Source: Octopus bimaculoides (taxonomy: Eukaryota). Taken from it: a stretch of 64,000 nt of DNA. The stretch covers positions 31,221,792-31,285,791 of the forward strand of contig NC_068985.1 in assembly GCF_001194135.2 (NCBI RefSeq). Direction: 5' to 3'. The notes under the pieces are model-generated. The model was not told where the DNA came from and did no database searches. It saw nothing but the letters and a program-made list of their open reading frames with translations. This document shows positions 1 to 14,539 of the stretch, in pieces (the stretch's first letter is position 1; each line of letters opens with the position of its first letter). A program made the position numbers and the translations under genes.

Positions 1-41
<41 letters not shown>

Positions 42-78
42 CATATACATACATACATATACATACATACATGTTTAT
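1..78. repeat. (AT)n/(ATAC)n microsatellite, representative of many (AT)n, (AC)n and (GAT)n tracts in the window
   Basis: Direct dinucleotide and tetranucleotide periodicity. Confidence 0.95.
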
Positions 79-399
79 AAATATATATTGAAAGTAATAG
101 AAATGAAACTAATATATATAGCTACATAATGAAAATAATTGAAATTGAAACCATGTAATAGTGAAAGTATTAATAGAGACATTATTGTTTCACTTTTGAC
201 ACGTAATACGGAAACAGTGTTAGAGATAAGAGATTGAAAAATTTTTTAGCCCATGACACTGCATGGACCCTAAGTAAGGCATGTGTAAAATTTGAATGAA
301 ATGGGTTGGGTAGTTCTCAAGTTTTAGTAATTCACACATAGGGACAGACAGACATACTCTCACATATTCTCAGTTTTATATAGCACTATGACACAATTC

Positions 400-905
400 T
401 CTCAGCCAGAAATTTGGAAACGACATGCTGTACTGCTTGGCATTCACGCCAGAAGCTCCAATACAAACAGAACAACCAATGGCTTACTGTGTTCCCAAAA
501 CATGTACCAAGGATGGTAAAAATCAGACACCCAGTCAACAGCATGGTATTGGGAGTGATCACTAGTGATGGTGACGTTATGCCTCCATTCGTCTTCCCAC
601 ATAGCCCCAGACTCAACACAGAGGCCTACATGAAGTGCCTGGAGAAAGTAGTGCTGCCCTGGGTCCAGAAAGTGGCTGCTGGAAGACCCTATTCTGGCAA
701 CAGGACTCTGCATCATGCCATACAAGCAGGAGAACTCAGTCATGGCTGTCAGACAATTTCTGCAACCACATTTGGCCACCTAACACCCCAGACTGCAACC
801 CCGGTGATTATTGTGTGTGGGGTACAGTTGAGTGAGAGACCAACAAAACTCCTTGTAACACCAAAGATGGGCTGAAGGCAAGGATTATGGCAGCATTCAC
901 CAACT
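400..905 (+). mobile_element. Degenerate Tc1/mariner DD37D (maT-type) transposase fragment
   Basis: Frameshifted pieces read KIRHPVNSMVLGVITSDGDVMPPFVF...YMKCLEKVVLPW and WQQDSASCH...WPPNTPDCNPGDYCVWG; similar to the copy at 23710-24957. Confidence 0.85.
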
Positions 906-1853
906 TAAACCCTAAAGCTAAAACCAGTACAAACGCACGAACGATGTCATAAATAACAGTACCGCCGATAGTTCTTGTTGACAAACAACGGCAGTAATTT
1001 TATTCAAGGAAAAAGATTCCATTACACCGCCACAACGTGTTGTTGACAAACCACAGCAGTAATTGTTTTCACCTCAATAGTCGAATATAAAATTTTTTCT
1101 CTGTTCTATAGGACAAAATATACAAGTATACGAAGTTTTCAAGTGTTTCGGTAGAAAACACTCTAAATAAAAAATGGTGATCGCGAAATCAGAAAGATTG
1201 GATAACGTTGGTGTTGGGTTCCTGCCCATAGGAAAAAGATGGGACAGTCACGATTGGAATGTCCTTGATCACAAATTTGTACCATCAAAGCCTACTTGCG
1301 GGTAAACAACAACAAAGCGAATATAATTGCACAATAGTCATGATTCTTCCATAAGTTTTTCTAATTTCAATACACGATCACTGAGGTCACTTGTCAAACA
1401 TGCGCGAGTTTAAAAAGTCTGTTATATGATTATTATTGTTGTTGTTATTTTTGTTATGCAGACATAATAATAGTTCACACGAGGGAGAGAATTCCAAAAA
1501 CGACGTTCACATGTACACTGCATGAGTATTATTCTATTTGGGAGGAGAAGCCTATCGAGGTTTAAATTTGTGATGACGTATATTTTTTTCCACCAATGGT
1601 GTTGCTTATAACCTTAATTTGTTTACTTCGGACAGCCAGTTTGAGTTTCGACGTAAAAATTTTAATGTAACTTGCATTCAATATTTACATACTTCAAGTT
1701 AGTACTAACAATCTAAAACTGTTCAAGTGTATACACGTACATATAGGCCATTGAATCACTTTCTGCCGGTTATATATGATTATATGTATACATATAAATA
1801 TAGATAGACAAATATAGCATGGCCGCAGTCAAGTGACTGAAACAAGTAAAAGA

Positions 1854-1891
<38 letters not shown>

Positions 1892-3548
1892 TTGTTTTTT
1901 TTGCATTGTTGACAAAGTGGCAAAACATGTAAGTAATTGACGCATTTAATTCAATTTCCTCTTTCGCAATATTATTATTTGAATATTTCTTGCTTTAAAG
2001 TTCTTCTGTCATGTTTTATATATTTTTTATTTTTTTCAATTCCTCAATAATTTGATAAACATTTATTTCAGCAAAGGTTAGAAACTCTTATTTTTCTTTG
2101 TCTTTACACTTTTGGCACGTTGTTTGAAATGAGAACGATAAAAAATTCTAAATTTGTTTAACTCGTTTTGTCCTGCAACACTCTAATGTCTTAATGAAAG
2201 AAAGGGGAGAGAAAATATAAGCGAAATTTTATAACATGTACATATGCACACACACATATATTGCAACTCTTTGATTATTCTTTTTTTTTTTTTTTACCTG
2301 TTTCAGTCATTGAACTGCGGCCATGCTAAGATACTGCCTTCAAGGAATTTTGTCGATTGAATTGAGTCCAGTGCTCATCTTTTAAGTATTGAGCATAATC
2401 CGTCGATCTCTTTTTCGTCAAACCGGTAAATTACGAAGACGTAAAGAAACCAGCAACTTGTCGAGCGGTGAGGCATAAAATCACGCGCGCGCGAACATAC
2501 ACATACGTGTTTAGGTATAGATCTTTAGCAAACACATCGTCTTTCACCTCCAACCCATCATCCACCCCAACACTACCCGACCATACCATATACGCCACCA
2601 TAACCTCATCCTACCAATGCTACGTACTTGTTCTTATAGCTAGATACAAAAAATCCTGGACGTGTTTTGTTTTTCCTATACATCATCCTGTGATGCACTT
2701 GAATACATTCTCAGTGATGGTTCCTGGTGTCATTAGGCGTTTCAGGTCTTTCAACATCGGACACCCTCACCCTAGCGACCCAGCCGGGGTTGATGAAACC
2801 CCAGTTAGCATTAGTCCTGGTAGCACTGCTCTTCCAACGACTCCTACACAATTTAAAAATACATACCCCAACCTGAACCTCATTTTTATTGCTACAATTG
2901 GAACACTGGGGGTAAACCCTAGTTGTATGTATTTCATTGAGCAATAGAATGACATCACCACATTTACAGGGTAACATACAATTCAGATGTGCTGACACAC
3001 CCATCTGATATACCATTCTTTAGAACTAACGTGCTAGAATGAAGGAAACACTTTGGTATTTTACATTTTATATTCAACATTTTACACCTTGCACTATACA
3101 CAGCTTGGAAAGACTTCCATCCACCCACCCCTCATTTTCTCCCAAATTTGTTTATTTTTGTAATTTTTTTTTGCAAAAAATCCCCATTTTCGGATACGGA
3201 GGTTCCGGAAAATTGCCAAAAATCGGCATTGTGAGATTCCTCCCTTCCCCCCCAACCTCTTCAATTTTGTCTTTTTTTCCCCAACACTAACCCTAAAACC
3301 CTAACCGGAAAGACTTCCGCCCGTCCCCACCTCACTTTCACTCTACCCAAAACTGTTATCTCACCATATTGAGATAACATTATAACATTGTGATCACTTA
3401 ATGATCATGCTGTACAACTATTATATGAACAATATATGAACAATAGTCACTTAAGTTATATGAACAATAATCACTTCAGTAACATGAGAACCCATTCACA
3501 ACAGGCTACAGTGCTTGCACAAATGAAAACAAATATCAGAATTTATAT

Positions 3549-3589
<41 letters not shown>

Positions 3590-4479
3590 TACATACCTGA
3601 AAAGAAATGCTTTAAAAACTAGTGTAATATACAAACTCGTGTGTGTGTGTGTGTGTATAATGTAATCATCATTTAACGTCCATTTCCCATGCTGGTGTGG
3701 CTTGGATAGTTCAACAGCATCTAACAAGCCAGAGAACTGTGTTGAGTTTTGCTAAGTGCTAATTTTCCCGGCATCATATAACTTACTAAACAAGAGCTCT
3801 TAATTGGCTGGTGGTATAGTATTGAGGGAAGTAGTTTTATGCCAAATGTTGAGAGGTTAGAATATAAAAGAGGGACTGAAACAAGTGTCTTTGCTGTAGA
3901 GTAGACACATGGCTACCTCAGTTGGAAAGATAAAAGAGATAGTGATAATGAGGTGCCAGGGCTTACCTCCAAGGTAGAAGAGGATTAAAAGAATAGGGAC
4001 AAGTGATTGGAAAGGGTGAGTGGGTTGGTAAGTTCACAAGAGTGTAAAAGGAGAATGACTTGTGGTTGGTGATAGGGGTAGGGGTAAATGCGATGAATAG
4101 GAAAGATGAGTGGAAGCATGGTCAATGTTGAAATCCATTTGGAAAGGAGGAGGTTATAAATAAATACTAAAGGAAGAGGATGTAGAAGAATGTTTCTCAA
4201 CCATTTTTCACCTATGGACCCCTTTGACTCCTATTTTACTCCTAGCCATTCAACGTTTAGAAACTTTGTAAGTACCTGAGTGAGTTACACAATAGTAAGA
4301 AGAGTAATGGAGAGGAAAGCATAAGGAAGATGAGTTGTGGGGGAAGAATTGACAGGGATAGATTATGTGTGGAGGCATAGACATAATTTACTTTTAGGTC
4401 CTCATTTTTGCTTAGGTGGATGGGTCTTGAGCACAGCATATTACCAGTAATCTTGGTCCTTAATCATCTCTTCCATGAA

Positions 4480-5170
4480 TCTCAACATCTTACAGTTGGT
4501 CTGCACCACTTCTTTCCAAATCTCCCTAGGTTCCATTCACATTTAGCTCTTGGCACTTTTTTATGCATCTGTCCTCATCCATCTGCTTTACATGACCATA
4601 CCAGTGCAGTCTTCTCCCTTATACAATACACTTGACACCTCTTTTGCCCAATTTTTCTATCAAAATTTCACTTTGTCTTACATGCTAGCTTCATTTCTTT
4701 CTAATCTTTATATGTCCTCTGAATTCACAGCCCACATTTCACTACCATGTAGCATTGCTGTTTATACAAACATCATACAATCTGTATTTCATTCTGAGAG
4801 AGTGGCGTTTTGTTATCAGCTCTCTGAACTTTCTACATCTAGTTCTTATTCTAGCAACTATACTTTTAGAACGTCATCCTTCACTGTTCATTAAGTCACC
4901 TAGGTTACAGAAGCTGTCTACTACCTCTAAGGATCCTCCTGGGCATTTAAGAAAATATATTTCCCTTGTGTTCTTTATGTTTATTGCTCCTGTGTATCTG
5001 CCACAAACAAAGTCTACTTTCTTTGTGGACCTTCCTGTGACTCCACGGTACATCTTATGTGTACATAGTTTGCACTGGATACACTGTACTGTATGGAATT
5101 TCTACCCACACTTTTTCTACATGTTGAACAAGGTCATCCTGTGTTTTTCTGCATGCTAGCTATTTCATGA
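4480..5170 (-). mobile_element. Decayed RTE-clade LINE reverse-transcriptase C-terminal fragment
   Basis: The minus strand resembles the RTE segment at 10867-11204 (acagcaatgctacatggtagtgaaatgtgggctg vs acagccatgctacatggcagtgaaacatgggctg); many stops. Confidence 0.7.
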
Positions 5171-7916
5171 CTTAACTTTAAGGTCCTTTGATTCCAGGGT
5201 TTTGCTTCCATACTTGGAATTTCTTTTGTAATTCTACTACATATTCAGCTGCAAGAACAAGGTCATTAGCAGAAGGGATTTCCCATAGGCAAGCAGTCTT
5301 AAACTCTTGTCTTGCAAGTTACTTGATGGCTATACTGCTGCTGGTACCACATAAGAAGTATCCAGTATGCTCTATAAAGAGGTTGATGTTACGAAGGGCA
5401 TCCAGCCATAGATACCATGCGGAAACAGACACTAGAGCTTGGAGCAGTCTTCTGACATGCCAGTTCCTGTTGAACCATCCAACCCAGCTAGTTTGTTAAG
5501 TGATGATGATGATATCCATTTATTCAATGCAATTACCTATGCAGTACTCACATATACAATATTCAAACACATGTGCACACATCATTGTATGACTAGGTGT
5601 ATGTATACATTTATATATTAATGTTAGTTTTTTTAATTTTAAGTTATACTTAATAATAGTTGAGCATTAAATTGAAGGATCACTCATTTTCTTTTAGTAG
5701 AGTACCATATTAATGTCTTTGCACAAGGATTGGTTGACAGTATCTTCAAAGTTTCAGCTTACAAGCTAACATCAGAGTGTGGTTCAGGTTGGTTTTCAAG
5801 CCTAATATATAGTGTTTTTGGTTGGATGTTCCTTTGATGTGTAGAGCAATACATATGAAAATTAGGTGTGCTATAAGTGAGTTTGTAAGCAAAAAGGAGA
5901 GGTGGGGATGGAGAAGGACAGTAAAAAGAGTGTTTGTAGTGTGTGGGGGGAGCCAGTCTTTTCTGAAGGAAGTTTGTTATTGTTTTGACTCAGTCTGTAA
6001 AGCAGGGTGTTAGAAGTAAACTTGTATTGGGATTCGTGTGGAAGAAGTGTCTTATTCAGCTCCCAGTTTGTGTTAGTTGAAGGTTTTCTTATGACTAAGC
6101 AAATTCTTTGTTTATGGGATGCTGTTGTGCTATTTCAGGATTCATGTAAAAATGTTAATAGATGATATCAGCACAATTTGTAACAAATAAAAGATCAGTG
6201 AGAAGTCAAAGTTAGTGTTGATATTAGAAGCATTTTTTTAAAGAAATTTTCAACTGTTTTTTTTCTAAAAGTGGATTGAATTGATAGATATATTTTGTTA
6301 TAAATTATTTTTTGGAGAATCATTTGTTTGTAACAGGGCTAACCTAAAAGCAGTGAATAGGGTCAAAGAATGATTAAGGCATAATTTTTAGCAATAATTG
6401 TCTTAGAGGGTACTGGAGGCTATGACATTGGTCGAAGCATCAATAAACCTCGAAGGTCTTCTGTAGTCATAAAGTGATTCTTTCAAAATGTTTAATAGGA
6501 GTCTTTAGAGAAGTATGTGTGGCAAGTCTCAGTGATGCATAAATTACAGGATCCATGGCTGTCTGAGTTGTTAGTACAATAATTCCTTCAATCCTTAATT
6601 GTCATAGGTGTATATTTGTCATTTTGTTGAACCCTCAGGTTTTTGAGATTTAGAAATTTGTTGTTCTTCAACTGTCTGGTGAAAGTAAGCAGTCAAGATC
6701 ATTGCCTCATGTTATTTTAGTTAGTTAACTTTAGTGAATTGGTGCATTGTTGTGATTCTTTTGTTTTAACTTTATTTGTGTACTAAGATGTCTTCTGTAG
6801 AAGTCCTCAATGATAGTATTTGAGAATATGTGGAAGTGTTGAAGCTGATGTCAAGAATAGTAATAATAATTGTCTGTTTATTATATTTGTGTGTTTCATA
6901 TTACTGGTTTATCATCTTGAATGCTTGCATTGCTAGTGTATTGTAGTACTTTATTACTGTTCAAGTGTGGTCTATTGTGCATTATTTTTTCTATTTTCTA
7001 AGACTTTCATTTAAATCTGGCTTGTCCATCCAAATGTAAGATCTGAGGGATCTTGTATTGGGATTGTTAAAATTCATGAACTGTTCAATTCGTATTCTTA
7101 TTTAATCCAAATTGGAATAATGAAGTAAACATGAGTGATTGTGAGTGAGTACAGAAAATGCAAGAATATTCAACTTGCAAACAGACAGAAATAACAGAAA
7201 GTTAAGTCCCTTCCACTAATTTCATACTTCTGTAGCATCAATGCTTAACTCTATGTATTATTACCTTAAGAAGTTGAGATTTACTTTTCAACTTGTTCTT
7301 AGATAAGTAGAATTAGGCATTTGCCCAAGGATACAATGACACTTATAGCAAGGTATGAATTCAAAATCCATCTGCTGTTTGTTCTAACCTTTATTATTTC
7401 AGTCATTCACTTAAAATATGAAATTAATTAATGAACCTTTTATGATTGTCTCTAGGACATTGCATTAGATTTATACATCTAGTTATTAGTTGACCATTGG
7501 ACATAACCTTACCCACTACTGTTATTGCATTTACACCTTTGGTTTCATTATTAATTAAATGCTAAAATCTTTGATTTTTTTTTATATTTCTATTTTAGAT
7601 ATTTACCAATGAAAGCAAAATATTCCCAGACTGATTCCCTGTACTGGGAAAGGATTTTTATTTTCTGGGGTGGGAAGGATTTAAGTGCTTAAAATTAACC
7701 ACATTCTTCAGATAGATGTACTATCTTAAAGATGTTGGACAGTGATGCAAAAAAATCCACTAGGTATAAAATACCATTCCTTAGCTACAAGAAACATCAG
7801 CTTTCTGTTTTAAAATGTTATCAATGAGATTTTCAGATGTTTTCTAAACATTTCAAAAGTTTTAACTGAAAGCGATATTGCCTTTTCCAATATCTCTCAA
7901 ATGTTAATCTGTAGAA

Positions 7917-9549
7917 ATGGTTCACCTTTCTGAGAAAATGTCAGACATGATTGAAGAAGATACCAAATCTTCCAGTTATTTGTCTTCCAACAAAATGATA
8001 TATATTGAGGTAGACTTAAACTCAGATGGTTACATGTGTAACCAGTTTAACCAGTATGGTGATGAATTTAAAGAATTAACATTAAATATTGCTGATACAG
8101 TATCATCTGAATCCCAATTATTCCAAAATGGCACTTCCAATATCAATGTAACAGAACTGAAGTCCTGCATACATCAAAATAACATTTTGGACCAGGAATT
8201 AAATTCACAAGTATATAAAAATTCCAATTTAGACAATGAAATACCTACAATGAAATCGTACCCTCCAAATCACATTTTCCAAAATAAATTACACCAAATT
8301 TCATCATCACATGAAAAATGTGTATCAGACATGAAAGAAATTCCCAGAAATAAAACTGAACTACTTCAAAATAATATCAAAGCACCAAACGTGGATTTTT
8401 GTGTCACAGATAATAATAAGGAGGAATGCTATCAACCAAAGACAGTGTTTCTTACTGATGAGAATGATGAAAATTCAGTTGTCCTTGATATTTCAAGCAA
8501 AAATGTAGTTGGTATAAATAAAAGCTTATCTGATAAATATGAAACTACTAAGACTAATGTGGAAATTATTTCCAACCAATCTAGTAAAAAACAAAAGGTT
8601 TCTGACAATGCCATTCTGTCTTCTTGTATAAATAATAATTGTTTCTTGTCAAAAGAAATCATAGATATCCCTTGTTCTCAGGACTCTTTTTCTCAAGACT
8701 CCTTTGAGGATTATTCTTCCTTAAGCTCTTTGTCAGTAAACTCAACAGAATCTGATACTAGTGATCTTGCAGAGCAATTTGGGAATATCCTAAAAATAAG
8801 CAACAGAAAGAAAATTGTGGAAGATGAACCTTGGAAGCATGTAGAAGATTTCAATGAAATTACACTTGATGATAATGGAAGTGATGAAGATGATGATGAT
8901 TATGTCACAAAAGACAATGACTTTTCTGATAAATTTTCATTTTCACAACCTTTCTGGAATTCTCGTGGACTAAAGCATCTGCAAACTCCAGAAATCCCCA
9001 AAGATAATAAAAACGGTCTGACACCTTGCAAACGACCATTTGATGATGGTTGTAGATGTAATGATAATAACGGTTTCGAAAATAGTTATACTCCTTGTAG
9101 TGGTATCAAAAGCACTCATAAGATTTTATGTCCTGATCCATCACAAATTACTTCAGAAAAAGGAAAGAAAACACCTCCCAAAAAGGAAATAATCACTATG
9201 AACAACTCTGAAAATTGTAATATATCACCGTATGTGACTGAAAATTTAGAAGAGTTGAAAGCTGTGTATGAATGTCTGCATATTAAATTTCCTTCTGATG
9301 ACAGCACTATTTCTTCCCCTGTTCATCCTGAAGCATGTTCAGCATTAAATTCCCAGTCCAATGGCTGTCAAAAGCATTCCATTTCTGACTCCAGTTTTAA
9401 AGTGTCAACTGAGCACTGCAATAGTAAAATTGCCAAAGAGATGCCTTACGTGGAACAACCCCCAAATTCCTATCAGAATCAAATGCCTCACACACCTAAT
9501 CCTAATTTAATTTATTTCCAAACACCAGTAATCTCCTTCATTTGTACAG
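7917..9549 (+). CDS. IkB-like gene coding exon 1 (about 544 aa low-complexity S/N/D/E-rich N-terminus)
   Basis: 1.6 kb stop-free frame in AT-rich DNA ending at ACAG|GTAAGA. The start ATG is uncertain; a strong acceptor lies upstream at 7598. Confidence 0.8.
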
Positions 9550-10410
9550 GTAAGAGAAATGATGCTATGATACTCTAAAACTTTGAAGTCTGATTATTAA
9601 ATATATATAAATTTAACTGATATGTATCTAAAATTGCAATTATTTTGCAATACGTGTGTGTGTGTGTGTTGATGCAGACACATTTTCTTTTTATTTGACT
9701 GTAAGTGTAACTATTACACAATTGTTTCTCTTCAGCCTGTATGCACATGTGACTTTGCTGTTCGTTGATAGAATCTTTGTGCTGTGGGATTTTAAAGTCA
9801 CTGTGTTTATTTATGACACACAATGTCAAGAAGAAAAATTCTCCTGTTGCTTTATTTTTTTGCTTTTGTTTTCTTCTGTTCCTTGCCCCCTTCCTAATCC
9901 TTTTCCCTTATCTTTCAATGAATTATTGATTATATTTTTATTTCATTGAAAACAGCTTTTACAACAGTGTTTCTCTTAGACATATATGCATATGCAAAAT
10001 TGGTCTTCACTCAAATTTTTCATGAGATTTATAATTTGCCATATTTACATTAACAATGTTAAGAAAAAACAGAATTTATTTCAGCTAAAATACTTTTTCT
10101 TCTCATTTTTTTTTACTCGTATTGCTCTACAATTTTTTATTCTTTTCATTCAACTGAAAACATTACTGTTACATTATATACACATGGGACTTTGCTGTTT
10201 ATCAATCAGATTTTCATGGAGCAGGATTTAAGTTCCCATGTTTTCAGCAGAAGTAACAGAGTGACTCAAGATCCAAGAGTTTTGTGCATTAGCACTTATC
10301 AAACTAGTCACAGGTTAAAAATCCTATGAGTTTATATAGCTATTGATAAATAAATATATTTCCTTCTGGCTTATTTCCCTCCTGTTTGCACCAACATACC
10401 TGTATGTATA

Positions 10411-10456
<46 letters not shown>

Positions 10457-10802
10457 GAGAGAGAGAGAGAAATTACAGCCTTCTGTCAGTTTCCATCTCA
10501 ATTCACTCAAGGCTTTGGTTGACCTGCGGCTATAGTGGAGACACTGCCCCAAGGTGCCACACAGTGGGACTGAACTGAAGACAATTATAATAACCCCAAT
10601 ATGATTACTTCCCATTACCTATTTAATTAACCCTTTGTCTGTACCATTTGCTCCTATACAAAATCTTACCTGGCATCTATGGCTGCCATGTCAATGTTAT
10701 CCTATCTACAGATGAATAATGACTGAAAATTTCTAGAATTCTGTATGAAAGCATTGGTACCACATTTACACTAATCTCTCTCTCTCTCTCTATCTATCTA
10801 TC

Positions 10803-10835
<33 letters not shown>

Positions 10836-13800
10836 GTATATAAGCATATGTATATTTATATATATGCATAGCCTGGGCCAAGTTTAGAGAGCTCTTACCT
10901 CTGCTGGCGACAAAGGGACTCTCACTCAAAGTAAAAGGCAGACTGTATGACGCATGTGTACGAACAGCCATGCTACATGGCAGTGAAACATGGGCTGTGA
11001 CTGCTGAGGACATGCGTAAGCTCGCAAGGAATGAAGCCAGTATGCTCCGCTGGATGTGTAATGTAAATGTGCATACCCATCAGAGTGTAAGTATCTTGAG
11101 AGAAAAGCTGAACATAAGAAGCATCAGTTGTGGTGTGCAAGAGAGACGATTGCGCTGGTTTGGACATGTGGTGAGAATGAATGAGGATAGCTGCGTGAAA
11201 AAGTNNNNNNNNNNNNNNNNNNNNNNNNNNNNNNNNNNNNNNNNNNNNNNNNNNNNNNNNNNNNNNNNNNNNNNNNNNNNNNNNNNNNNNNNNNNNNNNN
11301 NNNNNNNNNNNNNNNNNNNNNNNNNNNNNNNNNNNNNNNNNNNNNNNNNNNNNNNNNNNNNNNNNNNNNNNNNNNNNNNNNNNNNNNNNNNNNNNNNNNN
11401 NNNNNNNNNNNNNNNNNNNNNNNNNNNNNNNNNNNNNNNNNNNNNNNNNNNNNNNNNNNNNNNNNNNNNNNNNNNNNNNNNNNNNNNNNNNNNNNNNNNN
11501 NNNNNNNNNNNNNNNNNNNNNNNNNNNNNNNNNNNNNNNNNNNNNNNNNNNNNNNNNNNNNNNNNNNNNNNNNNNNNNNNNNNNNNNNNNNNNNTGTAGG
11601 GTTTTCGAGCGAGATCGTTGCCAGTGCCCCTGGACTGGCTCTTGTGCGGGTGGCACATAAAAGACACCATTTCGAGCGTGGCCGTTTTCGTGCGGGTGAC
11701 ACGTAAAAGCACCCACTACACTCTCTGAGTGGTTGGCGTTAGGAAGGGCATCCAGCTGTAGAAACTCTGCCAAATTAGATTGGAGCCTGGTGTTGCCATC
11801 CGGTTTCACCAGTCCTCAGTCAAATCGTCCAACCCATGCTAGCATGGAAAGCGGACGTTAAACGATGATGATGTGTGTGTATATATATATGTACTTTGTT
11901 TTCGTACTTGGTTTGCAATAATTTTTATGTGAATTCATGTGTTGAAACAAATTTTGTTATTAATAACACATGCACCAGTTCAATTCCACTCTTTTATTAT
12001 TAGTCAATTGGTTAAATATCTATCCAGCTAACTAATTGCTCGTTAAATAGTCAATCTTTTCTTTTTTCTTTTTTCGTTTGTCAAAGTTCTTTCATCAGTA
12101 TTCACAATCTTTCAAGGACTATCTCTTCCACTTCACTATGGAGGCCATTTGAGACCTTGCTGCTTGTATGTGTGTGTAGTTTAGGAGAGTAGGTAAGGGT
12201 ACATGTACACACAAACCTGTTGGTCATCATCACCCTTACCTCTAGAGACAGTCACTGAAAATGTTGCAAATGGCAACAAAAGAACTCTGATAAACAAAAT
12301 GCATATACATGGTGATTTGTGGGTTCTGTTTATCCCTGACAAATTCTGTTGACAAAGTTGAAGCTATAGTAAAAGCTATTTCCAAGTTGTTATGCAATGA
12401 GAGTGAACACATAACCATTTGGTTGCAAAGTGATCTGCTCAATCATGGTGCTAAACCTGTACCTGATGCCTTCTGTACAGTTTTCTTTTACTACATTTAT
12501 GTTTTTTAATATAGTTATTGTTTTGTATTGTTATATTTGTTCAGCCTCACAAAAAAGAAAAATTAACCAACAGCAAATTGATGGCTTGACTAAAGAGGAC
12601 TTTCGGAAAATTGGTGGGAGTGGCACGTAAGTAATTTTATGAAATGATAACAAAAGACCTGGAAGACTATTAGAAAAAATGGAAAGAAGATTAGCCATCT
12701 TTGAGCTACTGGTTAACCATATTAATGAAAGAATATTTTGCAGAACAGTCAAAAAAAGCAGGGGTTTTTTTTCAGCTGTTTTGAATGTTTGTATGTGTAC
12801 CTTCAGCAGTCCTAAGTATATGAGCTACGCTCAGTTTTGAGTCTTGAGTCTTATAAAGGCTCACCAAATGATCAAAGCTGAAGTAGTTTCTGGTCCTGAA
12901 GGGGACCCATAATCTTTGCAATGCAGTTTTGTCTTATATATCAGATAAGCATGAAAGATCAGAGATTGTGAAGCCTAGCATTTGTCATAACTTTGAGAGT
13001 TTTAGCCAAAGATTATAAAGACTGTGTAATGTCTAAGTTGTATTTGAAGGTTTACAGAGAAGTGAAAGGGTGTATAAAAATACAGTAGCATGTATGGCAA
13101 TAGTGAAAGTTTCATCAAAGTAGAGAGAAAAATGCAAGAGATGTAGGTAATTAACACTGAGGGAACACAACCATGTTTGCTGTATTGGAGCAATCTAACA
13201 TGATACTTCTAATCCAGTAAATAAGAGATGGAGGGAACAAATAAGCATTCAATTTAGCTAGTAGTTCACATACCAGACACAGTTGAATACTTTGTCAGTG
13301 CAACAACAATGCTTGCTTATACTGAAGGTTTAAAGGAGAAACTACTGGTGTATGATAAGCAAGTCTCCAGTTAATCTAGGTATACAGAAACTGTGAAGGC
13401 ACGTGGCTTAGTGGTTAGGGCATTCAGCTCATGATCGTAAGGTTGTGAGTTCAATTCCCAACAAGGTGTTGTGTCCTTGAGCAAGACACTTTATTTCACA
13501 TTGCTCCAGTCCACTCAGCTGACAAAAATGAGTAGTACCTGTATTTCAAAGGGCCAGCCTTGTCACATTTTGAGTCATGCTGAATCTCCCTGAGAACTAC
13601 GTTAAGGGTACACGTGTCTGTGGAGTGCTCTGCCACTTGCACGTTAATTTCACAAGCAAGCTGTTCCCTTGATCATATCAGCTGGGACTCTTGTCATCGT
13701 AACTGATGGAGTGCTTCTTTGTGGAGGCACAAAGGCCCAGTGGTTAGAGCAGCAGACTTGTGGTTTCGATTCTCAGACCGGGAGTTGGGAGTATTTATTG

Positions 13801-14508
13801 AGCGAAAACACCTAAAAGCTCCATGAGGCTCCAGCAGGGGGGTGTGGCGAACCCTGCTGTACTCATTCACCACAACTTTCTCTCGCTCTTTCTTCCTATT
13901 TCTGTTGTACCTGTATTTCAAAGAGCCAACCTTGTCTCACTCTGTGTCACACTGAATCTCCCCTAGAACTACATTAAGGATACACGTGTCTGTGGATTGC
14001 TCAGCCACTTGCACGTTAATTTCACAAGCAGGCTGTTCCGTTGATCGGATCAACTGGAACCCTCGTCGTTATAACCAACGGAGTGCCATGACAGAAACTG
14101 TATTGATGGTTACTGCGGAGAGAAAAGTTGGAGTTCTCACTTGGAATTTAGGAAATAAAGGTAGTGAGTGAACATTGTCATAGAGAAATTGCACTTCTTA
14201 GGAATGAAATACACAGTGTTTGTGAATTCGGGTAGATCTCTAGAGAAAGAATAAGATTGACGAGTATAGGTAAAATAGGAGTTAGCTCAGGATTGTGTTA
14301 CTTGGAGTAACAGGAGTATCATCAGCCTTGTTAGGCTTGAGTACTTGGGAAGTTTTATCTCTTTGTGACTATATACATGTAATGGTGATTTGTTGGAGCA
14401 AAAAGAACAATTCAGGAGAGGTCTTGTTGTATTGGCATTGTGAAATTGGAAACAAAATAGGTAATAGATGCTACTGATTTGTCTGTTTATGAGCATTCTG
14501 GAGGATAT

Positions 14509-14539
<31 letters not shown>

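Noticed and set aside
13395-13470. tRNA-like sequence as a tRNA gene
   Set aside because: No complete cloverleaf; it continues into a SINE body repeated elsewhere in the window.
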